From: Schizochytrium sp. TIO01
Taxonomy: Eukaryota; Protista; Bigyra: Labyrinthulomycetes
NCBI GenBank assembly: GCA_004764695.1
Contig: SMSO01000036.1
Location: forward strand, 124,001 to 188,000
Direction: 5' to 3'
DNA: 64,000 bases
Below, piece after piece: positions 35,618-48,347 of the stretch; the first letter of the stretch is position 1, and each line of letters begins with the position of its first letter. A program made the position numbers and the translations under genes. Below the pieces are notes generated by a model that was not told the DNA's origin, did not search any database, and worked only from the letters and a program-made list of their open reading frames with translations.

Positions 35618-38600
35618 TACGATTGACGATCCCGGCATGGTCGATCAATCACGCTAGCTACGTATCCCCAACTCCGCCAATCGAGCGACCACTGGCCACC
35701 TGCCAATCGAGCGAGTGTGGCTTCCTGCCGTGAACGAAAGCGAGTTTTTCAAGCCCACAGATTTTACAACAAGACGAAACGATTTCCTCGTAGGTGCTAT
35801 TCGTTCATTCTACAAGCTATCTTCGTGGCAGATTGCTCAACCCCGATCAAGGGTCCATCTATGGATCCAGGCAAACAAACAAACAAACAAACAAACAAAT
35901 AAAAACAAAAACTTCGCTTTGCCAAGACCCATCTCAAAACCACCTTGCTTGCTCTCTTTGGCGTAATCCTCTTCTTCTTCAATGTAGACTAACTAGCTGC
36001 TTCGAAGCAGTTTAGCTCAACTTTTGAAGCCAGAACGTGGACGATGACGAGGAGCACTTGCTTGAACCTCACTACGCTCGATGGTGGTGTTCGTATTTAG
36101 GACAAATTTGTCCCGATCAGAAACCAAATCTTGAAATACGAGAGCGACGGTGGCCTGCAACTCTAAGTTGGCCCAACTTAGCAACGAAGAAACGCACAAT
36201 CCAACTAACCTCGACGTCGAACACTCACTTACACACGCACTCACTCGTCTGTGAGTTGTCGAGAAGCAGGAAAAGTTGCGGCTAAGCTCAATTCACTCTG
36301 CCCAGGGTCATAACGAGCAAACATCTCCAGCAATGCCATAGTACTAGCTAGTGATTCATTCATTCATTCATTCATTCATTCATTGCTTTATGGATTGATT
36401 GCTTCAAGTTGTTGCTTGAATTGCATTGCACTTGAAGACGCCGTCGACCTCCTTGGAAGTCCATGCCGTGAACATAGCTTCCATCCCGATGGTAGATGTG
36501 GCACTGTGGGGGGCTCCGCACTTGTCGGGAACATCAGCTCACGGTTCAGAAAGACCATAATGTCAAAACCATTTAGCAGAAATGTAGTTTTATTTGGAGA
36601 TTGCATTGATCACTCACTGACTGGGAGGAACTGACCAATTAAGAGTGAAGCAGGAGCTCAGGGCACCCTGCAGACTTAAGCTTGAATACGCGCCAAGTTG
36701 TTCTTAGATTCAAAGCAGACGCGAGAGAGACCAAGGTAACAGGCAAACGGTACATCAGCTTGTCAGAGGATGCAGAGCTCAGGATCTTGTAATCACGGAA
36801 AGAAGAGAATCTTCAAGTGCCCAGCTATACGTGAAAGAGAGTGGGTGCCCAACAGGTAGCGTTGTGATCACAAGAGTCTTCAAGTTCACCTTCGAATGAG
36901 GGAGAGAGTGTGTAGTGTAGTAGGAAAACAAATGAAGAACAGAATATCTGGTTTCGAGGACAACTCTTTCTTGCCTTGCCGCTTCCCGTGTCAGCGTCTA
37001 GAGCTGCATGACTCTGACATGCTCAGTCAGTTGCAGAGGGTCTCAGACAATAAATACCGTGGTTTTAGTGGCCTCATTGTCGGGTAAAAACGAACGAAAG
37101 TGGGACGCTCTCTTTCAGTTGTTCTCGTTAGTTTGTGTTTTTAATTGCTTACAGACTGGGGTACCCAGCACTAAGTATACAATAGTCGCCACCGCAGTAA
37201 TAGTCTAATGTTTTCTTAGTTGCAAACTAAGAATTGCCGGGGAGGGCCCATGATTACACTGGACTGCTTTAGATACTAAATCTAGCGGTTATGGGCCGCA
37301 ATCGATCAAGAACAGATCACGACAGCAGTGGCCTGGCAAGAAATATACAGAAAGGAGATTCTGCAATTGCCACGACTTGGGGTGCGAGACGCTTCGCCCT
37401 CGAAGCAGCTTAGCCAGCTTAGTCCTATGCACCTGCAAAAAACGTTAAGGCGCGTACGGCTTGCAGCATCGCTCAAGGTAGAAGAAGTTGAGGCATGCTA
37501 CAATCCGGAAGCAGGAAGAAGAGGTACGGTGTGGCATGAGCGAGACAGGGACAGAGAGGAGGATCCCAAAAACTTGTAGCATGAGAAGCTTCGCCCGCAT
37601 CGTCCTTTTCGGGGGAAACAAAACTGACAATTCTAAGCATGAGAATGTAATCTACCCAGTCATCGTTCGATCACACTGAGTCACCGCACGATTGTTACTT
37701 ACATCTGACTCTAGAGATTAATCTATATCATACGCACCATTGAACACTTGTCAAACCTTACGCTGTAGCATTCCTTGCCTAGCTAGAGAGCTACAAAAAT
37801 GAGACCAACGGCGGAATATTAGAGTTTGGGCCGCTCATTCGCAGAGCAGGCTGCTGCAAGTTGCTTGAATGCGTCGAGTGGAGAGATAACACACCTTCCC
37901 CCGTATGATTAATTTCTTGTACCTCTTGCGCAATTGGCATTTGGCCCGATAACTAATCACCTGCTCGCAGAGGCAAAACCTACTTTGATGACCATCAGGC
38001 AACATCGTGTTGTCTTTGCAACACTGGATCAAAATCCCAAAATACTGATGAGGTGCAAAAGAGGAATCGCATTTAGAAATCAAATTTGTGGCATGTATTG
38101 TGCCATGCGCACAGCATCTTCCTGCCACACGCAAATGGACCCGAACACCTACAGTTAAAAAAAGTACATCCAATCCCTCGCTCTGCGGCTTATCCTTCGA
38201 CCCAAAAGAACAGGTCAAAACCACCGTCGCATTTTAGACTCGCGATTAACGCCCTTGAATGATTTGACGCAGAAGCCACTCTCGGCAATAGTTACCCACC
38301 CATACACCCTAATCTTTCCTTCTGGCGTTTCGGTTCTCCGTTCGCGGTTTATAGTGTAAATCTTCAAAGTTAGAAGTGCTACTTCAAATCTCCTTTTCTT
38401 ATCTTGCTTCCTGACTTCAGGTTCCTTAATAATTCTCTTTAGTTACTTCAATCTTCTTTTTCCTTTTATTATTATTTATTTTTAATCAAATAAATATTCA
38501 CTTTAAAAGAAAATATCAAAATAATATATTGTCTGTCTCCTTTTTGAAGTTGAAAAAATAATGTTTAGCGAGGTTTCATTCATCCCTCCTTGCATCCTAT

Positions 38601-40978
38601 TCCTATAAACTATAACGTAACTTTGTGAGAAATAATATCACTTACTGCTCCTCCCCTCTTTAGTCGGCGAAATGTTTCTTCTTCTATCGAATACGCGCAC
38701 TACCATGTTAGTGAAGACGAGGCATGACTCCCTTTGATTTTAATTTTTCTATTCTATTTAAAAAGAGTTATCTAAACGAAAAGAAATAGCTAAAAGCTTT
38801 TCAATATTGGACTTTTCAAATGCATTTGCATTTATTCATGTCTTCAATGGAACCAGTTATGTTTTTTTTAATTAAAGAATTCTCTTCATAAGGACGGGAA
38901 AGAAGGTGAAGAAAGACCTTCACGGCATCTTCACGGCAAAAGAATAAATAATAGAAGAACTGCAATCTGAAGATGTTGAGTTGCGCTGCTCGGGCCGCTC
39001 GGATGCGGTTTCCACAACCCGCCTGATTGCTCGCTGCTCGCGACAGTCCTCAGGCAGGTCAATGGCGTTGCAGAACTATTGACTACTGCTGGCCTTGCTT
39101 TGGGTTGGCACCTCCCACGGAATGCGCGAGCCCAAGTTTAGCTGAGAACAACTCACAGACAACGACGGCGAATTGAGAACGCCCAGAAAACAACCCTCGT
39201 ACAGCTCTCTCTCTAGCTAAAGAAAATATCTTTGCTTTGTAGTTTCAAGGTCGGTTAGGTAAGCAGGTGGTGCCTTCCGACCTGCCTGATCCCAAAGACC
39301 CTCGCGCGTGAAGTATGAATCCATAAGCACGCGCACTCTCATTTGCGAACCAACTCGAGGCGAATCAGAGATGTGTCTACGTTGGAGATCGATCCTGGTC
39401 TCCGTGGCCCGTTTCGTCAAGATAATAGCAGTGTGAGCATACACATTCCAACGAGGGAAATTGCATAGCACTTATTTGCAAGATGGTGTTGCAAGCGCGT
39501 GCCGTAGCTTTCGAATTACGGTGGTTGGCCTCCACGCTTTATATGGTTCTCGAATGTAGAAAACCCGGCAGACACACGTTACGCCCTAAAGAAGGTATGG
39601 TGGCTAGCAATGAATGCATCAGGGAAATCTGCATGATTTTAATGCTCCACTGTATGAAATGCAGAGCTCCGATTTCCCGAAATAAGTATTACAATATTTA
39701 TGAGCTTTGCATGAGGAAGACGTTAATAAGTGCATGAATGAGATGTGTGTGCTTATTTAACCTTTCACAATTACTTTTTCTTGTCTAAGGACCCGGAGAA
39801 GGTGAGGACAAGATACTTTTATTATTGGCAAACCTCATGAACTGATGCAACTGATCAAGGCATCCATCTCGGACTTGCTCGAAGATTGTCAGGCAGCCTT
39901 TCACGTGCACACTGTGCCACGACCATGTAAAGAGAGAAACAGCACGATGGTCGAAGGAAATTCACCTAGGCAATAGAAGCGCACCGATTCCATAGAAAAA
40001 TAAATTCTGCGGCTATATCACAACAAAGACACGCGTCTCCCAAAAGTTAAGTTCCCTGTGAATCTGGGCCTTGGAAATCTAAATCATCATTGCTGCGAAG
40101 GCACCAAATATGAAAAGCTTCACAGATCGCATCATCTCTACCAATGAGCAGCTTTTTGTCCAATGTACACGGCCTATACTTGAGGAGGTTTGTCAGATGA
40201 TAAGTTCTACACCATGTCGCTCTCGAAGCATTGCGCATCACGTCATATGATTTACACAACACAAGTGCATTTTAAAGTCTCGCAGCAACCGAATCGCCCC
40301 ACCATCCATCGAGACGTCCCTACGTCCGGGTCCTGGCCCCTCAATTCCCTCAAAACCTTCATAGAACCCCAATCTCCCCTTCCAGCAAATTCAAGAATCG
40401 CTGCTTCACCAAGGCATTGCAATTTCGCGATCATACCGCTGACACCTCAATCTTACGTCCATACAGTCGCTCTGAAAGGTACGAATAGTTAGGTACTATC
40501 GCTGTGTCTAATAAGGTGAAGCTTACGTATCAATTGATCAGAAGCATGAAACCTGCACAAAATATGATGGATCTACCTGGCTATTATTGCAAGGAATCAA
40601 ACGACTTTGAAGGTGGAGCAGCTCATGCCGAAGCGGACCTCGTAGACAGGGACGCTCTGCCGAGCAATCGAAGAGATCGATATCATAGGTGGATAGGTAA
40701 TCAAAGTGGCTCTGGAGACGAAGCTACAACCTCCATATTGCAGCGTTGTTAATTAATGAATAAAATATGTTACTTATTACAACGCTGGGGTTCTTCGGAA
40801 AGATCCGCAGGGAATCGATAGTAGATATAGGAATGAAAATCTATAAACAGATAGCTATCCAAACAAAGATACCTGGGCACGCTTTGAGCGATAGAGAGTG
40901 GAATTCTTCGAGGTCTGCGCTGCTGCAGGGAGGTCTTGGGCTTTCCTTTTGAGACCGTACTTAGCCAAGCTAGACTCT

Positions 40979-41932
40979 ATGTCAGCCTTTGCGGATAAAG
41001 GCTATACGCGAACCGCGTACCATGCTGGATCCTGGTACAGCGATCGCTCATCTGCGCTGGCAAACCAGCTTTCGACGTGGCTTGCGTCTGCCAAACCTTT
41101 TGCCAAAATAAGCAGCAGTTCAGACTCTGAGAACCCCAGCAACCATAACCACAAAGATGACCGCTGCGTGGGCGTCATTGCGCCTCACGCAGGTTACTCT
41201 TACTCGGGGCCTACCGCCGCATGGGCCTACAAGAATGTAAACCCAGAGAATGTCAAGAGGGTTTTCATTTTGGGACCTTCGCACCACGTCTACCTGGAGA
41301 ACTGCGCCTTATCGTTAGCAAACCAGTATGCCACGCCGATTGGTGATCTTGAGCTAGACCACAGCGTGGCCCAAGAACTTCGGGAGAAGGCCCCTCCAGG
41401 AACATTTGGCATTATGAGTCGCCGCGTAGACGAGGACGAGCACTCTATTGAGATGCACCTCCCTTACATTATGCATGTTATGCGAGGCCATGAATTTAAG
41501 ATTGTCCCCATTCTCGTGGGGAATCTAAACCGCGAATCTGAAGAAGAAATGGGCAAGCTCCTGGCACCATATGTTTCAAGCAAGGAGAACTTTTTTGTCG
41601 TCAGTTCCGACTTTTGTCACTGGGGCAAACGATTCCGCTATATGCCTTACGACAGTAACGATGGAGAAATCTATCAACATATTGAAAAGCTTGACCGCCG
41701 AGGGATGGATCTCATTGCCAACCAGGATATTCAAGGCTTTAATAACTACATTAGTGAAACCCGCAACACTATTTGCGGACGCCATCCCATTGGAGTTATG
41801 CTTAATGCGCTGCACTTTGCCTCACATGACTATAACGTCACTTTTACGCAGTATGCACAATCTTCGCCTTGCAAAAGCAAAAGCGATTCCTCAGTCTCAT
41901 ATGCGTCTGCAGTTATTACATCAGACCATTAA
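40979..41932 (+). CDS. MEMO1: MEMO1 (mediator of ErbB2-driven cell motility) family protein, about 317 aa
   Basis: Motifs HAGSWY, IAPHAGYSYSG, ILGPSHH, EHSIEMHLP, SSDFCHWG and NTICGRHPI; the metal-site His/Asp/Cys residues are retained. The ORF-track start at 40898 is GTG; the first ATG is at 40979. Confidence 0.95.
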   Translation: MSAFADKGYTRTAYHAGSWYSDRSSALANQLSTWLASAKPFAKISSSSDSENPSNHNHKDDRCVGVIAPHAGYSYSGPTAAWAYKNVNPENVKRVFILGPSHHVYLENCALSLANQYATPIGDLELDHSVAQELREKAPPGTFGIMSRRVDEDEHSIEMHLPYIMHVMRGHEFKIVPILVGNLNRESEEEMGKLLAPYVSSKENFFVVSSDFCHWGKRFRYMPYDSNDGEIYQHIEKLDRRGMDLIANQDIQGFNNYISETRNTICGRHPIGVMLNALHFASHDYNVTFTQYAQSSPCKSKSDSSVSYASAVITSDH

Positions 41933-42202
41933 TTTATCAGCAACTTGACAGCTGCTAAATCAAATCGCAATGCTGAAAGAGTTTATAACACAAAAAAGTG
42001 CTCGTATGATTACCCAAGTGCAAATCTATGCAACATGTCATCCTCTGCATTATTTTGAACTCGTGACCAACACAATTCTTGATCGCCAAGACTTCACTTT
42101 GCATCCCCCTTTTTCTTACATGCAAATAGTGCCCCGCACTTCATGAACCTCTAATGGGACTTGTAACAAGAGATTAAAATATTATTTTAGAAAAAATACT
42201 GT

Positions 42203-42650
42203 TCATTTTCCAGCGGGGCGAATACGAGTGTGTTGGTAATACCCTTTCCACTTTGGTAAAGAAAATAAATTACTTGTCATGTCTTTCACAGGTGCCAGAT
42301 AATTCTGCATAGATGGCTCTAGCAGCTGCCAAGCGGGTCGCTTTCCTTTCTGAGACAAATTTTCCATTTGCTTTTTACCAGAGCTCTCATCTCGATCATC
42401 ACTCTTCATCCCTTTGTGCCCTTGAGGTTTTCTCATGGGTAACGAGCTTGTCTGGCTTGGTTTCTGTTGAGCGGATTTTACTGAGTTAGACATGTTCAAT
42501 TTTATAATTTCTTCTTCGCGTTTGTTGCCTGTAGCTACGTTCGAATTGATCTGTATATGGTCATTTTCATCTAAAGACTTAGGTTTTGTTTGAGTGGTCA
42601 AAACTACCCCATCCTTCCGTGCACCGGAGGTAGTAGCAATTGACTCTGTT
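42203..42650 (-). CDS. +1-frame continuation (probable true C-terminal tail) of the metacaspase
   Basis: About 150 stop-free codons of hydrophilic K/S/T/N/E-rich sequence directly after the metacaspase TAA. The frame is open from 42802 and is followed by AT-rich, 3'-UTR-like DNA. Confidence 0.55.
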
Positions 42651-44999
42651 TTAGACAATTTCGTGTTGTTTAAAGGTTTTAGAGACAACATCAATTTGGG
42701 GATCTCCATTTGAAACAGTAGGCACTGATTTTGACACAGACAAAACAGCAGATGAGGCGTACCAAGCCTCCATCCACCCTGACTTGCCAGTTTTTGCTGT
42801 TCCTAGAGTTATTTGTGGAACTTGATCCAGACCATTAATTGGATACGATGAAATCAACTGCCGCACTTGCCCTAGAAAGCTCTCCAGAGTTATAGTTTCT
42901 TCCATGTTTCCTTGCATGACCTTGCAAAGAGCCCATGTTAGCGCACCATTGCGCTGACCGTCGAATGTAGCATCCATTGAAGTCTGGTCGTCTTTGCAGC
43001 CGCTCAGCACAACAAATGACGAGCCTTGTTTAATGCGAGTGTTCACCTGCGCTCTTGAAACCAGTGTAAGCTCATTGCTTACACCTTTAAAAAATGCTCC
43101 CACAGCATGGAAGGTGGAACCTGGAGCTTGTCGGGACTTTTGCAGCTCTGACATTCGCTCAAACATTTCAGAGGACGGAGCAAGATATCTTGACTTAACA
43201 GACTTGTCATGTTGTGTACTACTTATATTGCTTTCAGTTTCGGTTTGGCTGTTTGTACCAGTTGCAACTACTTGTGATGTGCCTCGTGTTGCTCTTCGTA
43301 AAAGCTTTGCGTCACTTATGGTACCACTGTGGCAGCAGTCAAAGACTGCAGTTACATCTACGCCTTTTGGGATTTGATCAAAGAATTCCATACGCAGTTC
43401 ATCGTCGGTAATATACGATTTAGGGTTCTTTCCGTCGAAATCCATGGGTACTAGAATTTCATCAAAGCCATCCTTTTCATCCCCGTCCTCATCAGGTACT
43501 TGGCTTCCATGTCCAGAATAATGTACATAAAGAGCATCTCCGGCTACCGTACCCTCAAGTAACCAGCGAAGCCCTGCACGAATATTTTTTGACGTTGGTA
43601 ATTGCTGTTGACTGGCATTGTCTTCATCCATTAGAACACGCATCTCAGTGGTTTTGAAGCTTTGTTGAAGCAAAGTTTGGATCTTTCGAATATCGTTGTG
43701 ACATCCAGGAAGTTCTTGCTCAGATCCCGTGTACTTGATTCCAACCAAGAGTGCTCGACGTTTTGCTTTTCCTGCAGACACGGCAACGGTACCTGTTGAG
43801 CAAGTTTCAATGATATCATAAGTTGGCTTAAAAGAAAGCTGGAACGTAAGTTCGCCACAAGGTTGAACACCATGTTTGGTATCCATAAGCTCCTTAGTGA
43901 TACTTACGTCTTTATCATCCATTTTTTTGTTTTCAATTGGTGGTTCTGCAGTTGCAAGCCTCTTGACATCTCTTTCAATAACTTCGGCAACATCAATCCA
44001 CACGCAACCCATTGGTCGATTGCTTCGAATACGCATACCGTCGTAAACAGTCAGCCGCAATCCAAGGCCAAGATGCTGCCGAGCGACTGAATCAGTATCA
44101 AGACCAGGGTAAATCAATGACATTGGCGGTTCATTCCACACTGGGTGTAAGCCACCATCGACAATTGTTGATGTACGCGCCTCTATTCCCCATGGCAAAA
44201 GTTCGGCCTGCACAAATGGGTCTTCAACGCTTAATTTTGCAACCCGTCGCAGTTTGCGTGCTTCATGGACTGAAACATGCAATTGTCCTCGCATGGCTAA
44301 CGGCGACCATGGCTCAAAACACATTTCCAAGTCTATTGTACCATGCCCATCTTTGAGTGTACAAGTGGTAAGTGTCATCTTCGACGGTTGTTTCAGAACT
44401 TCTTCGAGAGCAATAAATCCTATACCAATTTTCCCCCTCTTCAAAAAGTTCTCGTCATCCCAAACCCGAACTGCAAGTCTAATTGGTCTGGTTTTTACCT
44501 TTGCTGGATTCCTACCGGGGAAGCGGAAGTATGTTGCGTTTGACCGCTGCCACTCATCAAAGTCATCATCTTTCCATACTGGGTTTATCCCTCCATGTGG
44601 GATAGTGCGTGTTCGCTGCCACTGCGATGAGCCAAGACAAATTTCCACAAGTTCTGCTTCATCGAGGGCACTTACATCCGTGTCACGTCCAAAGAACTTA
44701 TCTGAGAACTTCTGAACCAGACTTTCTTGGCGCTCGCGGGCTACAGCTTGTAAATCCTTGATACTTGCGAGAACAAGTGCAGTTTCCACGAATGGGTCTT
44801 GCTCACCTCGAATAAACTTCAAGTATTGCACATCATGCAACTTTTTGCCACTTCTAACACGAACGTTTAGTCTCCCTGGCAATGCCCAATTGATGCCTTG
44901 GGCATTGCTTGCCGCTTCGCTGGCCATTAGCTCCCGTTTCGGGGATGAGGACTTGCAATAGACAGCAATGCCTAAAGTAAAGTTAACAGAGATGTTCAT
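42651..44999 (-). CDS. C2-C2-metacaspase (peptidase C14), 782 aa as annotated
   Basis: Two C2-like domains (LNVRVRSGKKL..QDPFVE; LHVSVHEARKL..EDPFVQ), then KRRALLVGIKY, LPGCHND, catalytic His in HYSGHG, catalytic Cys in DCCHSG, and p10 motifs SGCKDDQTS and GALTWA. An alternative start is at 44927. Confidence 0.92.
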   Translation of the reverse strand: MNISVNFTLGIAVYCKSSSPKRELMASEAASNAQGINWALPGRLNVRVRSGKKLHDVQYLKFIRGEQDPFVETALVLASIKDLQAVARERQESLVQKFSDKFFGRDTDVSALDEAELVEICLGSSQWQRTRTIPHGGINPVWKDDDFDEWQRSNATYFRFPGRNPAKVKTRPIRLAVRVWDDENFLKRGKIGIGFIALEEVLKQPSKMTLTTCTLKDGHGTIDLEMCFEPWSPLAMRGQLHVSVHEARKLRRVAKLSVEDPFVQAELLPWGIEARTSTIVDGGLHPVWNEPPMSLIYPGLDTDSVARQHLGLGLRLTVYDGMRIRSNRPMGCVWIDVAEVIERDVKRLATAEPPIENKKMDDKDVSITKELMDTKHGVQPCGELTFQLSFKPTYDIIETCSTGTVAVSAGKAKRRALLVGIKYTGSEQELPGCHNDIRKIQTLLQQSFKTTEMRVLMDEDNASQQQLPTSKNIRAGLRWLLEGTVAGDALYVHYSGHGSQVPDEDGDEKDGFDEILVPMDFDGKNPKSYITDDELRMEFFDQIPKGVDVTAVFDCCHSGTISDAKLLRRATRGTSQVVATGTNSQTETESNISSTQHDKSVKSRYLAPSSEMFERMSELQKSRQAPGSTFHAVGAFFKGVSNELTLVSRAQVNTRIKQGSSFVVLSGCKDDQTSMDATFDGQRNGALTWALCKVMQGNMEETITLESFLGQVRQLISSYPINGLDQVPQITLGTAKTGKSGWMEAWYASSAVLSVSKSVPTVSNGDPQIDVVSKTFKQHEIV

Positions 45000-47900
45000 G
45001 CATTCTTACAAACGTTATCAATGACTTTCTAACATGCTTCACCTTCAGTGTATAGAACAACGTTTAGGAATTCCTTTTCTTTGTATCTCTTCTTGTAATT
45101 TAAAAAATAAATAATTAATTAAAACTATTTCCTTTGTGTTTCTCAATACCTTTTTTAGATTACCTAGTATAGTATAATTAGAAAAGAACATGACCTAATT
45201 TCTTTAATTAAAAACCGTTTAATTGACTTATTAGTTTTAAAATTATTTAAATTGTTTTAAAATCATGAATGAAAATGAAAATGAAAATGAAAATGATTCA
45301 ACGGCTCTATCAAATTGTCAAATATCATAGAGCTTTTCTGCACTATGATATTTTTATCTCTCACTTTTTCGTTTTTGGCCAATCTACACTGTTTGATACC
45401 CATGATCAATTTACCACGGGCGATGGAAACCCAAATGTTTCAATAGGGTGTTAAGCCACTTGTTCGGGCAGCGTGCGACAGGCGCTGTAAATGCAAGAGA
45501 TGCCCTACTTCCCTACCTCGGCAAGCATGGATAGATGGCAGCCTTCATAACAATGTATCTGAGAAGGTCATGCTTGAAACCAAGCAAAAATCAAATTTTG
45601 AAGTTTTTCCTAAACAATCTGCATGGGGTGTCGTGACTATATAGTTTCTGCGCTCCAAAGGTTTCTGTAATAGTGAATAATTCACATTTGAATCTTGGTA
45701 AATCCCTTAGATTTATTCATGTCATTGATGAAGACATTGTCATACACCAATACTGCGCAGCCTCCTAAGATCATCACAATTTACCTTCATTTGGATTACT
45801 CTCTAAATTTAATTAGAGAATTCAAGATTTAGTCTTCAGAACAGTAGTAATATAGCTATCCCTCCAAAGCATCATTTTATGCAACCAGTAAGCCACACCC
45901 ACTGTTTTACTTGAGGCAATGTATTCAGGTCTTCATTACTTAAATTAACAAAGAATGTGTTGTGGTAGGCATTTGAGCTCATTCATGGGCTTGCTGGTAA
46001 AAAAACATCGAACATTAATCGATTCAAAACTTGGAATGAAAATGGTTGTTATAATGAACGTATTTTTTCTAGGAAGGATTTAATGCTACACCGACAGGAT
46101 TAGAAAACGAGAATTTTGCGAGGCTCGCCTCGCCGAAAAGGTTGTTCCGCGCAGAGAACAAACAAAGGAAAGTTTTATATTTAAAATTAAAAAAAAGCGG
46201 GCCTATACAAACTTTCACATTCAACAAGTAGAAAAGTAACGTCCCTCGTCCAGAATGAGATGGAGTAGTCGCCCTTTAGCGTGTGGCTCATCTCGCACTC
46301 ATTTGATGTATTTTGCCACGCATGTCACCGCCTGGCTTTCCCCGATCCAGAATATGCGTAGGTAACAGCCATCTTTCATGATGTAGCCATGGAGAAGCTT
46401 CATTAAGCAGGAGCTAGCCACTAAATATCTATTATATTGCATCACTCCTTCGAGTTTTTTTAAGTTCGTGTGTTTGTTCCACCGCTACTGGGTTTATGTA
46501 AATGAACGCCGGCGAAATCTCATGCTGGATTGTGTTTATATTTAACTTTAGGATCTTTCGACTATATTACATCCTTATAAACCGCAAAATGGGAACACGA
46601 TGTTTTGTGAAGCTAGAGATTTTGGCGCTGTATGGAAGGCGGGGGCGTCTCAGTTCAATCGAATTTCGTGCTCAAATTGAACTGATATTCAATCACACCT
46701 CCAAGATTCACTTTGTCATATTCTGATACTCTCAATGAAGCATGCTACTCATAGAAAGATACATGTTACTACTCATATGACGGTTTTGCCTGTCCATAAC
46801 GAATTAAACATTTGAATCTCATTATGTGTTGAGATGGTTTCATCTATTTGCAAGCTGCCAATAGATGATTTTATTTTATTTTCTAACACGATGCATAGCG
46901 CACTTCAGTCAGAACATAGATGCTACCCATTACAACGTGACAACTTTTGTTCTGGAGGTTCTTTAGATCAAAGCTTTGTTTATATGGTAAAACTGAAGTA
47001 AGAAAGTAATTTAAGGAGGATCATTGGGGGATGAATTGAACCGCCTTACCCTTAGATCGCTTGTGCACATGCATTTCTAGCGTTATTGGGTAAACATGTC
47101 TTTTTCGCTTCTCAATGTTACAAGGCAAACTACAAACCTCTCCGTTAAAATTTTCCTATATATATTCTTTTGTAAACAAGTAGTGCATGACACGAAGTTG
47201 GGCACCAGAAGAGGACAAACAACATCGACAATGGATTTGCATGTTGTAAGAATTGAGTGGGTATGGGATATGGTTAGCCGAATCATCTTACAAACGAACG
47301 AAGGTAAGGTTGCGAGGACATAAATCTGTGTCCACAGCAAAGAAGAAGAAACAAAATAAGAAGACTAGTATGCGAGCTCTTCTTTCCATGGGCAGTACCG
47401 TCAATGTGCATACAAGAAACTTGATTAGAATACTGGGGTTATCTTGTAATCCCACTCTTTTGTTTTGTTGTCTATTGCATATCTGTCAGAGTATGAATTT
47501 GAGTCCGATTATGCCAATGCTATATAGGGATCACGCACACGAGTATCGAATGATTGAAAATCTAATGCGCGCATACCGCCAAAACGAATGACGAAAATCT
47601 GGACACCGCCCGATGCTTTGAGGGGTCTGACAAAGTAAAGCTGTGGCCTCAGTGTTTCTGTTGCATACATTGTAAGTGCACTATAAAAGAATAAAGGATA
47701 GTATGCGCTGTAAGAATCAAAACATGAAAGCACGAGAAAGGTCGGATAAATGGTAAAGGAAGATTGCAGGAAGCTTTAGATTACGGGCGAAAATGCAGAG
47801 ATGGGGAAGAGTCGAGGGTCGGGCTCCATCGATAATGATGAAGGTGAGAAAGACAAGTAGTGCATGAAAGTGTAGTAGTGCCATCCCTTGAGTTTATGAA

Positions 47901-48347
47901 TGCTTGGCGTAGTTGTTGTCATTATTCTTAGTGACCAGCTACTTAACATGATCTGAGCAGGCTAACAAGCGAGCAAACATGCAAGCAGGTATATGACCAA
48001 CTTGTTATGCAGACAAAGTAAACGAGGTTTGCAGATATTACTTTGCAGAGTAAATCGCAGATGAGTGCTGTCAATCTGAATGGGGTGTTTACTCTGGTTG
48101 ATGTATACAAAACATTTTTTCGAGTACTTCTGACTGATATACGTGTGTTGTGCGGGGCATGTGCCGTCCTACGGTCCCTCGTTTTGTGTATCTTTACGCA
48201 TGTGGTTGAATTCGTTTTTGTTATCAAGATGCCGAAACATGACATTCATGCCAATGCAAAAACAGAAGTCGACAAAACATATAAATAGGGATGGCTGGTA
48301 CATGTAGGTAGGGCTTGACGTTGAGACCAGAAAGAAGAAGCTGGTCC

